Below are positions 40,387-54,784 of a DNA stretch of 64,000 nt, in pieces (the first letter of the stretch is position 1; each line of letters opens with the position of its first letter). The notes under the pieces were generated by a model. It was given only the letters and a program-made list of their open reading frames with translations, was not told the origin of the DNA and ran no database searches. Position numbers and translations under genes: made by a program. The stretch lies in the NCBI RefSeq assembly GCF_001194135.2, contig NC_068982.1:60671149-60735148 (forward strand), read 5' to 3'. This DNA comes from Octopus bimaculoides (taxonomy: Eukaryota).

Positions 40387-42639
40387 CATGTGTGTGTATC
40401 ACTTCTTCATTTAATTTTAGTGATTAAACCTACAAATCTGTCTCTGTGACAGATTTTGCTTCACTTTGTTATCTAGTTTGTTGTCAACAATTTTGTTTGT
40501 GCAAATGTTAACAAAGCTTAAAATTAATTTTAAGGAACTGTTTTTGTTTTTTTTCTTCAGTATATTGTTTACTGGTCGATTTTTCATAATCCATAATCTG
40601 CTAATGATTCTGTTTGTCACTCATTAGCTTATGGAACCTTCTCATAATACAGTTCTATTTGCTACAAAGTTATAGACTCCACTTAGAAGAGATTTCAAAG
40701 TAACATTAAATGATTTAGTAACTGAAAGCTTTAAGAGAAAGTGAACTATAATGTCCACATGCTCATGTGTATATGTAATTCAACTGCAAACTGCCTAAAT
40801 GGCAAGACACCTGAGCAATCCAATGTCAAAAGGCCACTTTTCATGCACAGCAGGTACTGTTAGTTAGCAGGAGAAGTAAATAACCAACCATTGCTGTGAC
40901 TGAAATAAATGTTTATGTCCTCTGCTGGCATATTGCCTCACCATTACAACCTCCAGCATCTCTACTCGTTATTGGACAGAAAACCATGCATTGAATCCAA
41001 ACTAATTTGGAAAATAAGTTCTCTTGCTAATGATGTCCAATACATAATATCTATTTGGTCCTTACTGGTCTTAATGTCATCTTTTCCATCTACTTATTCT
41101 TCAGCCATATTACTTGTGGAAAAGATAAACATACTCACAAGTGTGTGTGAGAGAGAGAGAGAGAGTAAAGGATGGACAAGTATCATTATATTGTGGATGA
41201 CATAGTCTGGTGTATTTGATATAGATATGATATCTGATATTGGAATAAAATATACTGTACTAAATCTGGGATGTAATGAAAATTTGCTATGGGGACAGAT
41301 TTATAAATAAAAAAAACTTTATAAATAGATATGTTGTCACTCAGCATTCTTAGGTTTAGATCACTGAATGTGAAAATGTTTATATTTTTGACATAGTCAT
41401 AAAATTAAAACTTGTTTCTTCAGGATGCCATTAAATATCAACTATCAAATAATTTGGGTGTTAATTGCATTTGTTGAGGGCTTTAAACTTTCGTTAATAA
41501 CTTTAGCTATAGTCTTTCTTTGGTGAAGTGTCAAAATATGAATTAGTTTAAAATGATATAATTTTATTCTTTTGTTAGTTGAGTATGTGCATTCTTTCTG
41601 AAAAGCTAAAGCTAGTATATGTGGCCTTTATTATTTTCATAGTGTTTTGAAGTATCTGAATAACAGTAACCAAACTTCTTAGAAGAGCAATGTTCAAATA
41701 GGTTACACCTGTAAAAGTAGTTAGATATCACAAAGAACTAACAAAAATGGCTACATTTAAGATATTACTGTATATGAGAAGGAAGCTTTGTGGTACATTT
41801 TTATTTTTGTTATATCTTCTTTTTCCTTACTTTTTTTTATCAGTTGTAATACATCATTGAAATTTTTATTTTTGAATAATACAACAAAATTGTAACAATA
41901 TATTTTGGTCTATCATCTACATGTTGTAGATTATAAAAAAAAAGGAGTCCATTAATTTTTTGGTTGTAGGTGTCTAAAAACATTTGTCTGTGAAACTGAT
42001 TATGTTATAAAGGAAAAAAGTAAATTGCCAAGTCAAACAAAACAGAATGGTTTAATTATATCTTGCAATTTGTGTCTTACTATCAGGATTTACATATGCT
42101 TACATATGTCTGCCTTCTCTCTAATAACTGAACAGAAATCTAAGAGCAGTAATTTGTAACAGATTGAGTAATTGTTTTCCAGTAAACTTTTTTTTATCAA
42201 CATTAATCAATTTCTATTTATCTACCTTCAGTAAAGTGTTAGATAATAATTTGTCCAGCTGAAACATGCTCTTCATCTTTTAACTCAAATACATAATTTT
42301 TTATTACATTACTTCAGTAACAAAGATCCAATGGTATTGTTATTTTTCAAAATATAGTTTAATGTAAACAGCATAGTTTGCTATATATCACAAATTAAAT
42401 TTTTTGTTTTTATTTCTCTGAGCCTTAAAATTTCTTCTAACTTATCTTTTATGGAATTAATGGCAGTAACTCAAGAGAGAATTAATTAACTAGCACTAAT
42501 GATTGTTTTATTAACTACTGATTGCACTTGATAACATCAGCTATGAATTTTAGTTATGTCTGAATAAACAACTTTGTGACTCCAAATGTCTTGTTTCCAT
42601 ATTACATCAAAGAAATTATCTGGTGACATTTGTATTATT

Positions 42640-42860
42640 AATAGTTAGGTTAGTGGATTGGCATGTGAAAAAATACCTTGTAGAATTTCTTCTAAGTCTA
42701 AGGGTTCTGAGTTCAGATCCTACAAAAGTCAGCCTTGCCTTTTATCTTGTCAGTGTTAATAAAATAGAACACCTGTCAAATACTGTAGTAAATGTTAACA
42801 ACCAGCCCTTACCTTCAAAAATTGTTGGTTCCGTGCCTAAGTTAGAAACAATTACTAATT
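42640..42860 (+). mobile_element. Degenerate SINE, family B (longer tail variant)
   Basis: GGGTTCTGAGTTCAGATCC...GTCAGCCTTGCCTTTTATC...AATAAAATAGAACACC...CCTTCAAAAATTGTTGG...GTGCCTAAGTTAGAAACAATTA. Confidence 0.65.
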
Positions 42861-43029
42861 ATTGATGTAATCGTGACCTTTCATCAAAATTTTTAGTACA
42901 ATGGAAGTATTGAAAATGCAGATATAAGTATATGAGCAATTCTTCTTTCCTAAACGAAGCTATAAATGTAAGATTTTTGTAAATCATACTTTATATATCT
43001 ACATACATACACACACACACACACACACA

Positions 43030-43106
<77 letters not shown>

Positions 43107-46100
43107 TTTTTCATTTGTATAATTTTTTAAAATCTTTCTCATGTGGATAGATTTAATTATAGTAAATGGAAGAAAAAATATTAAATAATAGATTCTCTAA
43201 AAACAGGAATTACTGGATATTTGTTATGTGTAGAATTTAAAATTTGATACCACTTGATATTGGAACAGTTAGTTTGGCACCAAAACTAATGAAATATACT
43301 AATATACAAAACAAATGAAATATGCCTTTCAGTTATAAATGTGATAGGAATGTATCTCTGCAGTTAGTAACTTGTGTATGTGGTTGTGTATATGGAAAAC
43401 AAAGAAAAAATCATATTTCAACTGAAATTATAAACTCACACTTATAAATTCAAGATTTCAAGAATAATCCAAATTAATATGATGCATTTATCAATATATT
43501 TTTATTGTCATCAAATATTTGTATTTGTATCTTAGAAATGGCATCTACCAAATCTGAACATTCATTTAGGTAACTGTAGTATAATATTTCTACACTGCTC
43601 CTAACACTTTTTTTTACTTGATTTGTTTTGTTTTTTTTGTGGTTTTGTTTTTTTAACCTATATTGGTTAATGAAAAGGTTATTGGTCTTGACTGTTCTCT
43701 TCTAAACTGCATCATTTTTCATCTTTTTCCTCATGGAAATTATTCCTGTTCTATTGTGTTACCTGTTTCCAATTTTATTTCTTACAATCTTTGCTTTGTT
43801 GATATATGAAGATTGATGTGCATATAAAATAAGAAAAAATTGTGTGGGAAGAGAATTATATACATGTATGTTTGTTCACCAGCTATCAACTAGGTGGTTC
43901 AAATTTTAAGATAGTTGAATCCTATTACATATTTTATTTCAGCTATATTTTTTAAAGCATTTTTTTTCTTTAATGTCAAATCATATAAAAATGCAAATAT
44001 CAACAAAAAGATCCACGCTTTTTTAGCTGTAAGCTTAAACTAAAACATTGTAATTTAAACTCCTTTCTTATTCCTTCTCAGAAGCCTTACGTCTTCTGTA
44101 TTTCATTCAAATACACATATATAAACCTAACAATAAATGTTTCCCTGGGTAATTTTATCAGCATCTAAACTAGATTTAGCAAACTTGAAACCACATCTCT
44201 ATTACATAAAAATCCTAATGGCACTTTGTTAAATAATAGCCAGAATTGTCAGCTACTGGTATCATTCAATTTTTGTTATTTACTTAAAATGATACTTTTA
44301 CCTTTTGGCAACAAGCACTTATTTGAATTTATTGATAACAAGCTTGCATCAGTATTATGTTCCTACATTCTAAACTAGTACTCCAGCAACTTAAAAGTAA
44401 ACTGATCTATCTAAAACTTATTTCCCTCAGAAAAGAGAGAATAGAAACTAAAAGAATAAATTAAATTAATAAGAGATGAGTTGTTTTTTCCTCTCATATT
44501 CCAACATCACTTTAGAACATTAAAAGAACATTCATTTAAGATTTTAACATAGACATTTATTGTATTAAATCTATTAAATTCTTATTGCATATAAATTATC
44601 ACAAAACAAATGTTTAATGTCTAAAAGCAACATCAAATTTTTTTTTTTCCATTTTCCTTTCTTTCCATCATTTTAGATTTGGATTCAAATCACTATTGAA
44701 CAAGGAAATGTTCCTCCATATCTCAATTTTATTAACATTTAAGACAACTCTAAATATTTCTTCTCTATTTTGTGCTATATATATACCCACAATGTGAGAC
44801 AATTCATTTTACGTACGTCACACAGTCCTTTCATATAGATATAGATATTATGTCTATATTATTATGGAATATTGACATAATAATTTCATTATAGGTGTTT
44901 TCATTAATTAAGTGGATGATTTTACTAAGTAAAATTATAAATTATATATGTACAACAAATCCTTAATTTTGCACATATTTATTCATTTGATCACACTGCT
45001 TAGTGTTTCATTAGGGCTAAGTGTCATTAGTTATTAGCTTTCACAATATATTACTACAGAAGTTAGACCCAAACTGCAAGGTTTTTTATAAATCACCAAA
45101 TTCCAAGGTTCAGATTTTTACTAACCAATATAAGACACCATTTTATTTTGGCAATTTTTTTAATGCCTCAAGTATCATCTTATATGTTGACTTGTATAGT
45201 ATTTATTTATTACTGTCAAATGTTTGTATATTTATGAGGTTTTCCCTACAAATTTCTATTTGTCTATCTAGTCATTTGTTGGGTTTTTTTTTCATTCTTC
45301 CTCATTGTTTAATTTTCAGTAGTTAAAGAAAAGGCAACTACATGATTTGTAAATCTCTTTTCATCCACCTTTATTATATTTCTATTGTCTAGTCACAAAC
45401 ATCTTTTTTGTTTGTCTTACCTGTCTATTGTAATTCTACAATAATAAAAACCAACAGTAAAGGAAATAACATGCTATTATTAATTATTAATTGTAGAATG
45501 TGTACCTAGCCCATAATTCAAACAACTGATGATTATCTGTTATACATTTTTATTGACTAAATTAAAAACAATAGTCTTCACAACATCACTGAATACAATC
45601 ATATCTATTTCAGCAAAGTTTATTTGCCTACTTTGCTGCTCACCATTTATCTTTCTTCCCTTTCCATAATTCAGATTTAATTTACAAAGTTAAAACAAAA
45701 ACTTCTTCTATAATGTCAAATTGACTTTATGGAATATATTTTCATCAGATATTCCCTGTTCATTAGCTACTTGCATTGCTTCAGCCTCTCTATTAACTAT
45801 GACTAATAAAATTACAAGAAAAGCCTCTGAGATTCAAATAAATACCTGCTGATCAAACCCCATTGAATTTTCTGTCATACATATCTGTTGTAGATTATTG
45901 TAAATTTCGTTTTTTTAAACTCATTTCATTTACTTTCATAACTTCCATGTGTTTAAAAATGTTGTAGTTCATGTTTTTTGAAGAGTCATATTATTGATTT
46001 TAATCTCTTATTGATTTGAAATATCATTTTAATCTGATAACAATGGTTAAGTCTTAAAGATATCTTACCATATTACAGCAACTATTGAAAATATATTGCC

Positions 46101-46869
46101 TTCAAGATGTTCTTCTCAAAGAGTAGAACAACAGGTGTAAATTATTTGATTCAGTAGTCAAGATTTGCAGCTTTGCTAGTAGCAGTAGCAAATTTATAAG
46201 CTATTTAAACAATAACAATAACATAACATACATACATTAAATGCAAACAGAAGAGTAGCCAGATAATAAAGTTGGTGTTTCATAATACCATTTAAAGTAG
46301 TTTTATTAAATACTGAATACAATCAAAAGAGAAACTGTGTGTATTCATGTTTGAAAACATGGTCAAATTAATTTGCATTACTATTTTCTTAACAAAATAA
46401 TATCAGTGAATCTTTCAGTTTACTTAATTAAAATGTCATTTCATACATCACCAAAATATATTGTTACCATGAATAGAATTTTTAAACAAACTTATATTTG
46501 AGAGACAATTACTACATAACAATGGTAGTCTCTATTATGTTTATGATATTTGTCACTATTGTGTTATGTAGTAGATATATTTAGTCAGGAATAGTTATTT
46601 CATTTGATTGTTCATTCTGTGAAGTCTTTATTATTAATTTTAACATTCTTTTGATCAATTTTGTGTATTGAAATCAATTAGCAAATACCTCCACACTGTT
46701 AAAAATGACTTAAATTCTGAAATATATTATGTGGTATGAAGCTGTTATGGTTTAAAGGATTAAACGAGAATATTAAAGTATGTTGAGGTTTCTATTCTTT
46801 ATTTTCTTTGCCCACTGAAGTATTATTTTTCTTATTGAATGATCAAAAAATCCATTATCACAATTAAAA

Positions 46870-46990
46870 GTTGATAGCATCAGTGTTGATACTTTACACT
46901 ATCCTATTTTGCCATTTCTAGTTATGAGTTCAAATCTTGCTGAGGCCAAATTAGCTTATTCGCTTTTTTATGGTTAGTAAATTCATAAAC
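46870..46990 (+). mobile_element. Degenerate SINE fragment, family B
   Basis: AGTTATGAGTTCAAATCTTGCTGAGGCCAAATTAGC matches the family B B-box region. Confidence 0.45.
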
Positions 46991-49900
46991 CCCATTAACA
47001 ATTTGTGTAGCACTTCCTGTTATCTTTGTAGTTTAGAAGAAAAGTCTTCAGCTGGTATTTACCGACTTCAGTAAAGATAATTTATTCTCACACTTTCATT
47101 TATATCTAAAACTTTTTACATAAAGAAATGTTTTATCAAAATAATCTAATGCTTGTTCATATTTAAATATTTTTGGCTGATTTATAAGTTTTACCTCAGA
47201 TTTAATCAATTTAATCAGCTATATTTTAAGTCATTAATAAACCAATCCTTTTTTTCTTTTTTTTTTTCAAAATTTACAGAGGCTATGACTTTGAGAGTAA
47301 TTTTACAAGTCCTTATGTTCCCACTCAGTAAATTTTCTATCTACAAACATCCTGTCTAGCAGATATTGAATATCATCTTCATTATATTTTAACATCTGTC
47401 TTTTCCTTCTGTTGCCTTAATTGAAGCAGTAGTTTAAAAGTGATTGTAATTCCTTATTAGTTACATTTTACTCAACCCTTTGCCTACCCAAAGCATTTTC
47501 ATGTTTGTCCTAAACATCCCTGTTTGCTTTCAGCCTTTAGTCTTTCTTTTATACATTCTGACTAATATAAAGCATTCCTTCCATGAGTTCAAAGTTACTC
47601 CTGTGGTCTAGAAAAAATTTGGAAGATGTTTCATATATGATGTATGGATGCCAGGGAAATATGTCCTGTATATCACATGTAATACACAGGACATTTAGGA
47701 CATGGCATGACCTGAAATTTAATTTAAAAATTAATCATGTTGTAAATATTATTTAAATATAATGTTAACAATCAAAGTTGGCAAGATGTTTTTTTAAAGT
47801 TTCTGTGCCACTTAATTCTTAAATATTGTAAAAATGTCTTTATATGTTGGTAGTTTTTAAAAAAATCATTTATAATGTAATTAATTATGTTACATATTCC
47901 CTACTGATAGATATTGAAATTGAGGTGACAAATATATATTTTTAGCTCAGTCCCACTTTAATATATGAGAAGTTTATACACTGTGACCACTTCATACGCA
48001 CTCACACACTCCATGTCACTGTGAAAGCTGTTGCATCAAGCATATCTTCAGAATAAAGTCCAGCATGTTCCATTCGATACCAATATTCCCATTAAAATAT
48101 GTTTATCTTTTAGAATTTGTTGCTGATATTAAGCTTCCAGACTATTTTATAATGATACAGTTTTTTCAAATGTTACAACCTAATCACCTAAATTAATTAC
48201 ATGTCATATTATTCTTTAATTCATCCACAATAAACCCACTCCATTCCTTAAGCTGTGAGATTTTTTTAAAATTATTTCAACTTCTATTTTTTTAATCTTT
48301 TTCCTCCCTCTCTCATCCCCCCCCCCCACTTCTTTCATTCAAGTCATTTCTAAGATGTTTGCCTCACAGTGGATAACATTACTCTTATTGCCATTCCCAT
48401 TCACAAGAGCCCTGAAATTATTCTGTTAACTGTTTAGCACATCTCCTTCAACTAAATGCGGAACTACAATTTCAATTATGAATGATTTCACCACTTATCC
48501 ACTTATTTGAAGTAAAATTATTCCAAACTACATCTCAGCCCCTAATAACATCAGGCATTCATCTGACACAAAAGTCTTGAAACAGAAATTTGAAAAAGAA
48601 ATAAAATCAAGATGGTAGTAGTAATTAATAAGTGGACATTTATTTATTATTATTATTAATATTAATTCAAATTTTACTTTGCTGAGACCTATTAATAGAT
48701 TTGTCATAATTTTATTGAACTAATTTCTATTGTTTTCACATATTCCTTACGATAATTGATATTTCCACATATTTTTTTCTGTTCTACTTCTTATATTTAT
48801 CATATAAAGAAATGCAGTAAATCCAGGCAAAAATCTGTTAATTACATTTAATTCTTATTGCTTATTATTCAATTAAATTATATCTCAGGATTATCACTGG
48901 AATTGGCAGAACAGATTTCTGTGGATAATGACTCAATATGCAATCCAGATTTTAAAATGTTTTTCTAGGTGATACTTAAGAATGTTAATGAGTATTGATG
49001 TCATTTTCTATGGCAGTATTCATCTTCAATTAATTCTAACTTCAATACTATTAAACTATGTCAATGTGCAAATTTCTCATTAGGTTTCAGATAAAAACAC
49101 AAATTGTACTCAGCATTATTGTCCCTATACAACATTCCAGTTTTCCTTGATTGATTGTGTTCAGTCATGTTGGCTGGAAGAAATCACATCAATACTAATT
49201 TCTGTTTAATGCTATAATGTTCTGGCAATGGGAAGCTTTTATTAACACACTTAACAGTTATTCTAATCCTAAATATTCTTTGATCTATTCTTTAATTCAC
49301 TCTTCCACTGTCCTCTACACCGTCAAGTCTAAACGAGTCCTTTAACAAATTATCCATATTTTCTTTTGTCATCATTTGTTGGTTATACACTTGCTCTTTG
49401 AGAAAATATTTCTGCACATACATTGACTTGTGCATTGAAAGGTTTCCTATGATAAACATTTCTGTTACTTTTGTTTGGCTTCCATAATAACATTCTTACT
49501 TTGGAGAAGGCCTACTCAGCTTGCTATGCTTTCTTCCTTTGTGCTAAAAGGCCTCAATCAAAGTATCACATTATGCACTCCAAACAGCTTTCAATTGTCA
49601 CTTTAGAAAAGCTTATATTTTTCCCAATAACCAACTTCATAGCGATTACAATATGCAAGATGCCATATTGACATACTGGTGTGTTGATTCCACAGAGGGG
49701 CTACTGCAGACATTTCTTATGATATAATGAGAATAAGATAAGAGAAATAGTATAAAGCATTAAAAAAAAATGTCTGTGATGTCAGAGCAAATATCTATTA
49801 TAGATAGCTAAATACAAAGAGGAAGTTGTTAACTGTACAGATATAAATCTTTGTCATCCTTTTCTCTCAATGTATTATATAACAGAAGTATTATATAAAT

Positions 49901-50030
49901 GAATAACTATATATTTAAAATTACAAGTATTTCTGTTAGTGTTTTATATTTGTGTGTGTCTGTCTGTCTGTGTATACATGCAGTCTGTTAAGTAGCTTCT
50001 TCTACACAAAGTTAAGAGAACTAGTACTGA

Positions 50031-50390
50031 GTCATCATCATCACCATCATCAATTAATGTCCATTTTTCCATGCTGGCCTGGGTTGGACGGTTTCTAAAA
50101 CCGTCTGGTTTGTGAATCTGCCTCCATCTGGCAAGCCAGAGAATTGCACCAAGTTCCATTGTCTGCTTTGGTGTTTTTTCTATGATTGGATGCCCTTCTT
50201 AATGTCAAATACTTTACCGAGTGTACTGGATACTTTTTATGTGACACCAGCACTAGTGGGGTCACCAGGTAACTTGCAAGACAAGGACCCCGCTCAGCTG
50301 GGAGAAGGAGTAATACTGAGACAAGTGGCTTTGTGCCGGTTGAGTGGTTAAAGTATAACAGAACGATAGAGATAGGTGTTTTACTATTGA
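50031..50390 (-). mobile_element. Interspersed repeat family C
   Basis: (CAT)n-AATTAATGTCCATTTTTCCATGCTGGCCTGGGTTGGACGG...TTGGATGCCCTTCTTAATG...CACCAGCACTAGTG...AACTTGCAAG. Confidence 0.85.
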
Positions 50391-53300
50391 GTGTGTTATA
50401 TATTTTACAATGATTATTTATTCATTCCTAATTTTATTTCATTACTTTTAAAAGTCTGTATTATTAAAATTATTTTTCAAAGTTCTCATTTATTGTTTTT
50501 TGAATATTTTTTAATCATTTGGCGACTGCTCATTGTGAAATTCAGAGCAATGGCAAAATTGTTTAAATTATAAATTCCCAATAGATGATACACCCGGGTT
50601 GTTTTAACATCCATTATCTCAAGTATGTTTGTGATGTGTATACATTTTTTCCTATCTTTTCATTGTGTATCACTATCTATAAGGCCCAGTATACCCATGC
50701 ATTTCCTTGAGTTTTTAATCCAACATGTGTCAGGCATATGTCTGCATGGATGTAATATCTAGCTGGCAGAACCACATGTGAGAGCTTGGACGTTTATAGA
50801 AATCTAAGAAACTGTTATCCAGAGTATAGACTGAGCAACTAATGTACTAGAAAATTTACATAACACCTCATGGGGCATATAAATTAATCACAATTAATTC
50901 GTCAAGAATGTATTTCTAGCCTTACTCTAAATAATTTGGGGGTTATAACCCATGGAGAGAACATGCTGCTCTGACAACTAAAAGATTGCAATTCTGACCT
51001 AACATCTGAAAACACTATAAGAAAGAGTAAATGTTTATTTTGATTCCAAAACATATGCTGTCTTCTTCATCATATCTGGCATCCAGAATGTTAGTATGTG
51101 AAAAAGAAATCTGCTTCGGGAATCTATTTCCCTTAAAAACATTTTGCTTTGCTTCAGTTACACACCTGCCTAGTTCTTACTTTTATTACCTTTTTAAAAG
51201 ATCAGTAGAACAGAAATAATCAGAAACTTTTGTTGAGGATTAATGATTGAAAGGAGCTTTCATTTAAGGGCCTCATGGTGTATGTGATTCTCTGTAAAAA
51301 TTATGTTTTTGTTTATTTTTTTCTCTACATGTTGCTCTTATTATTAAAAACAAAAGTACTTCAGTGTTTTTTTGTATAAGTCAAATTTTTTTTTTTACTT
51401 ACACTATTTTTCCTCTTCTCTTCTCAAATATTCTTTTTAAAAAATTTGTTACAGTCTGCATACTATTTCTTCTGTCTTTCTACTGCAAGAATTTAAAAAA
51501 ATAAAGTTATGAATTTTAAAATGCTTGCAAAATTGTGAGATATTGTATGAAAAAATATAACCTGAAATGTATCATTATTGAAAATATTTTTGAATAAAAG
51601 GGATAGATTTAGTCTAAACCAATCCTTTCCCTAATAAGTCAGACAAAATGGCAAATGTTTTAAAGCCTTAAAATTTGATATTGCTAAACTTATCAAGGGC
51701 AAAATAAGTGATAAAAATGGAACACTTTCTGTGAGAGAACAAAACTCAGTCAGAAATGTCATTTGTTACTGCAATAATTCATAGTTAGTTTCAAAGTACC
51801 TCAAAATACTTTGGCATTACCACCTCAATATAAGTATTTTACACAATCAATTAGGATTCCATTATTTGTAAATCTTGAATCTGAGTAATTACATTGATTT
51901 CTTGAGAAATTTCAAGTTGTGAAGTGACCTGAGTAGCGGTCTTCTATCAAATATTGCTAATTGGGAAATATTTTTTTTTATGTTTTAGAATGTTCTTCAA
52001 ATATTATTTGAAGAAATTTGTAAAAACAACAAATATTTATATTTGTTGTTGTCATTACTGTTGCTGCAGTAGTAAGAATGGAGAAATATTTAAGAAATAC
52101 TCCTTGGTCTTTCCAAATACAATCCCATATTTAGGAAAATATTTCAAACAATATTAGAGATAATTCTGCATTTGTTTCTTAGGAATATTTCAATACTTCT
52201 TGGCATATATGCTCAACTGTTTCTTTTGCCCAATATATTTTTCAAAATCTAAATCCTGAATAAATTCCTTATTCACATGTGTATGCAAGACACATATGAA
52301 TGTAAATGCAAATATATTGTACAATATTTCCACAGCATATATTCTACAACTTATAATCACGTAACATTTAAATTGTTTAAATATTTACTTTTTATTTGCT
52401 GTCCTCATGCAAAAATTACATAAGAAAATATAGTTATTCAGGCATGTTAAATTTATTTTCAACTCCAAGAAACCAGAATTATTGGAATACTGATGTTGCC
52501 AATTCACTTTTATTTGTTTATTGTTTCTACAGCTGATCCATAAACTATCCATTTTATTTCTTATTTTACAAACACAATCATGTAGGATTTTTCAAAAGAC
52601 CTTTTCATTTTTAAGATAATTTTCATTTCTGTTCTTTTTATGTATTTTTTTTCTCAGTTTCTGTTCTGAATTTGTTTACTTTCACATTATAGCTCCACAT
52701 GAATAATTAATGCATATATATGTATATGTATATTTGCTATAACTATTGTGAAAAGTAATTTAAAGAATTTAAATATCTTAGAGGGAGACATTTATTGATT
52801 GCTGCTAAATTTACAAGTTATGCAATAGCATGATCTCTCGGTTTCTGATAGCATGATCACTCTACTTCTAATTAATTTAAAGTTTGAAATGAATTTCAAA
52901 ATTTCTTGCAACAGCATGAAAAGGAATCACATTAGTTAAGCAATGCAATTTTTTGTATTCGTTTGAAAATTCCTGCTGCTGTTCATTTATTTCCTTCCAC
53001 TACTTTCGTGAGTGTGAGAGAAAGTAAAGTTATCATTTTTTATAACTTGGACTGTTCCCTGAATTTCACTTACATCTTAAAAAACAATAGAATTTAGGAC
53101 AGGAGTTTATATGAATGGAACTGATTCAAGTATTCATCCACAGAATCTACTAATTTACTATGATTTCATTTTGAATTTATTTTGCAAAAAATTATTATGG
53201 CTAGTTGAAATTTTGATAGCTGTTGATTCATTACCCAAGGTTATTTAGGGTGTCCGGCAACACACTGATAACTCTCAAAGTATACTCCTACTTCTATGCT

Positions 53301-54342
53301 ACAGGCAGGAAGTATAGGTTTACAGCAACCAGAATCTTCTAAACAGCTTCTATCTTTGCCTCACCCACTGTCTGCTGGAAATGTTTCCATGCCATCTTAG
53401 TAATATTCCTTGTTAACTTTGTCTTAAGAAAGAACATTGTTAGCATTTCCCCCTACCACAACATCATTATTACTGATTTTTTTTCAAATATCTTGTCCCT
53501 AAACTAGAAAGTCACTTTCATCTCTCACTGTGAAAACTTTCATTACCTCACGCATTAGCAGTTAAAAAAGAAACAACACTTCCACTATTTTCTCTAACCA
53601 AGATAACACATATAGATAGCAGCCATAATTCTGCTGTATACAGTATTTTCACACAACTAACCTAATATAGTATCTAATTAACAGTTAGTTGTAGAATAGA
53701 TATTTTTGTCTGATGTTTACTTACAATACAAGACATAGAAAAAAAAAGACATAATATGATGGAACTAGTATAAGTTTAATAAAATGCAAGTTAGTTCTCA
53801 AACGATTTTCTTGATTTTTATCCATTTCAGCAGCTTCAGGTGGTGAAAGGGAGCTGGGTATTTAAATTATGTGAAGTGAGAAACGGATTTAAATGAATAA
53901 CTTGTTGGGTCAACATGTTTTCAAAACAGAGTGTCGCTTCATGTCAACTAAATCTGTTCTCAGTATTTCAATTAAATAGTTAGGAGACCAATTTATTATA
54001 TTATTATTTCATTAAGTGTGACAATAAATTTTCCTTAACATTGAAAATAAATATTAGAGAAATTAACTGGACTATTTCGTTTCATATTTTCTCATTTAAT
54101 TTATAGGGAAAGAATCTAATTTGATGAAAGTGAATTAGATTTGTATGCAATTTGCATAAGTTTAAATCATAAAAGCTGCATGTTTAATTTTAAATTTGAT
54201 ACGTTTTGTTTTGTAAAAAAAATTAAACCTATGTAAATAACAAGGGAAATAATTTGTATGAGTTACTTCCCTTGGTCAATTTTTTTTTTAGTCTACTTTA
54301 AATAAAACTTAATGAATATATTGATTAGTATTGTTGGTTATG

Positions 54343-54576
54343 TTCAACTTTTTTGTTCTCATATTTCTGTTGAGATGCTCTATGTTTCTTTCAATTAATC
54401 TTAAAATTAACAAAAAAAAACATAGTAAAATAACTTAGTTAGCATTAAGCTAGTGTGAGAAACATAAATTGTAACTAAGGTTTGGTGGAAGATGTTAATT
54501 CAGGACTTTTGAAAACAAGACATTTGTACTACAGAGCCAGAGGCAGTTTCAGGCAGGCTGGTATCAAAAGGGTTAA
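54343..54576. mobile_element. About 230-bp MITE, piggyBac-type ends (related to 2017-2238)
   Basis: Right end GGTATCAAAAGGG-TTAA intact, left end decayed; body aligns in inverted orientation with 2017-2238. Confidence 0.72.
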
Positions 54577-54644
54577 GAAAATTATCGAAATTTTAAAAAA
54601 AATGTTCATATATTACACATGAATTAACAGATAATACTTTCCTC

Positions 54645-54706
<62 letters not shown>

Positions 54707-54747
54707 CTATCACTTTATCTGTGTGTGTGTGTGTGTATACAGTATGT

Positions 54748-54784
<37 letters not shown>

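Noticed and set aside
48316-48328. C homopolymer runs (also about 27363, 58685, 59624) as possible G-quadruplexes on the minus strand
   Set aside because: Single runs without four separated G-tracts; ordinary mononucleotide repeats.
31343-53860. Other AG...GT mini-exon candidates (CTGAAATTTGGAAAG near 31343, AGGCTATGACTTTGAGA near 47280, CAGCTTCAG near 53831)
   Set aside because: Weak donors (GTGCAT, GTAATT, GTGGTG) or non-symmetric length; expected by chance in a 62-kb intron.
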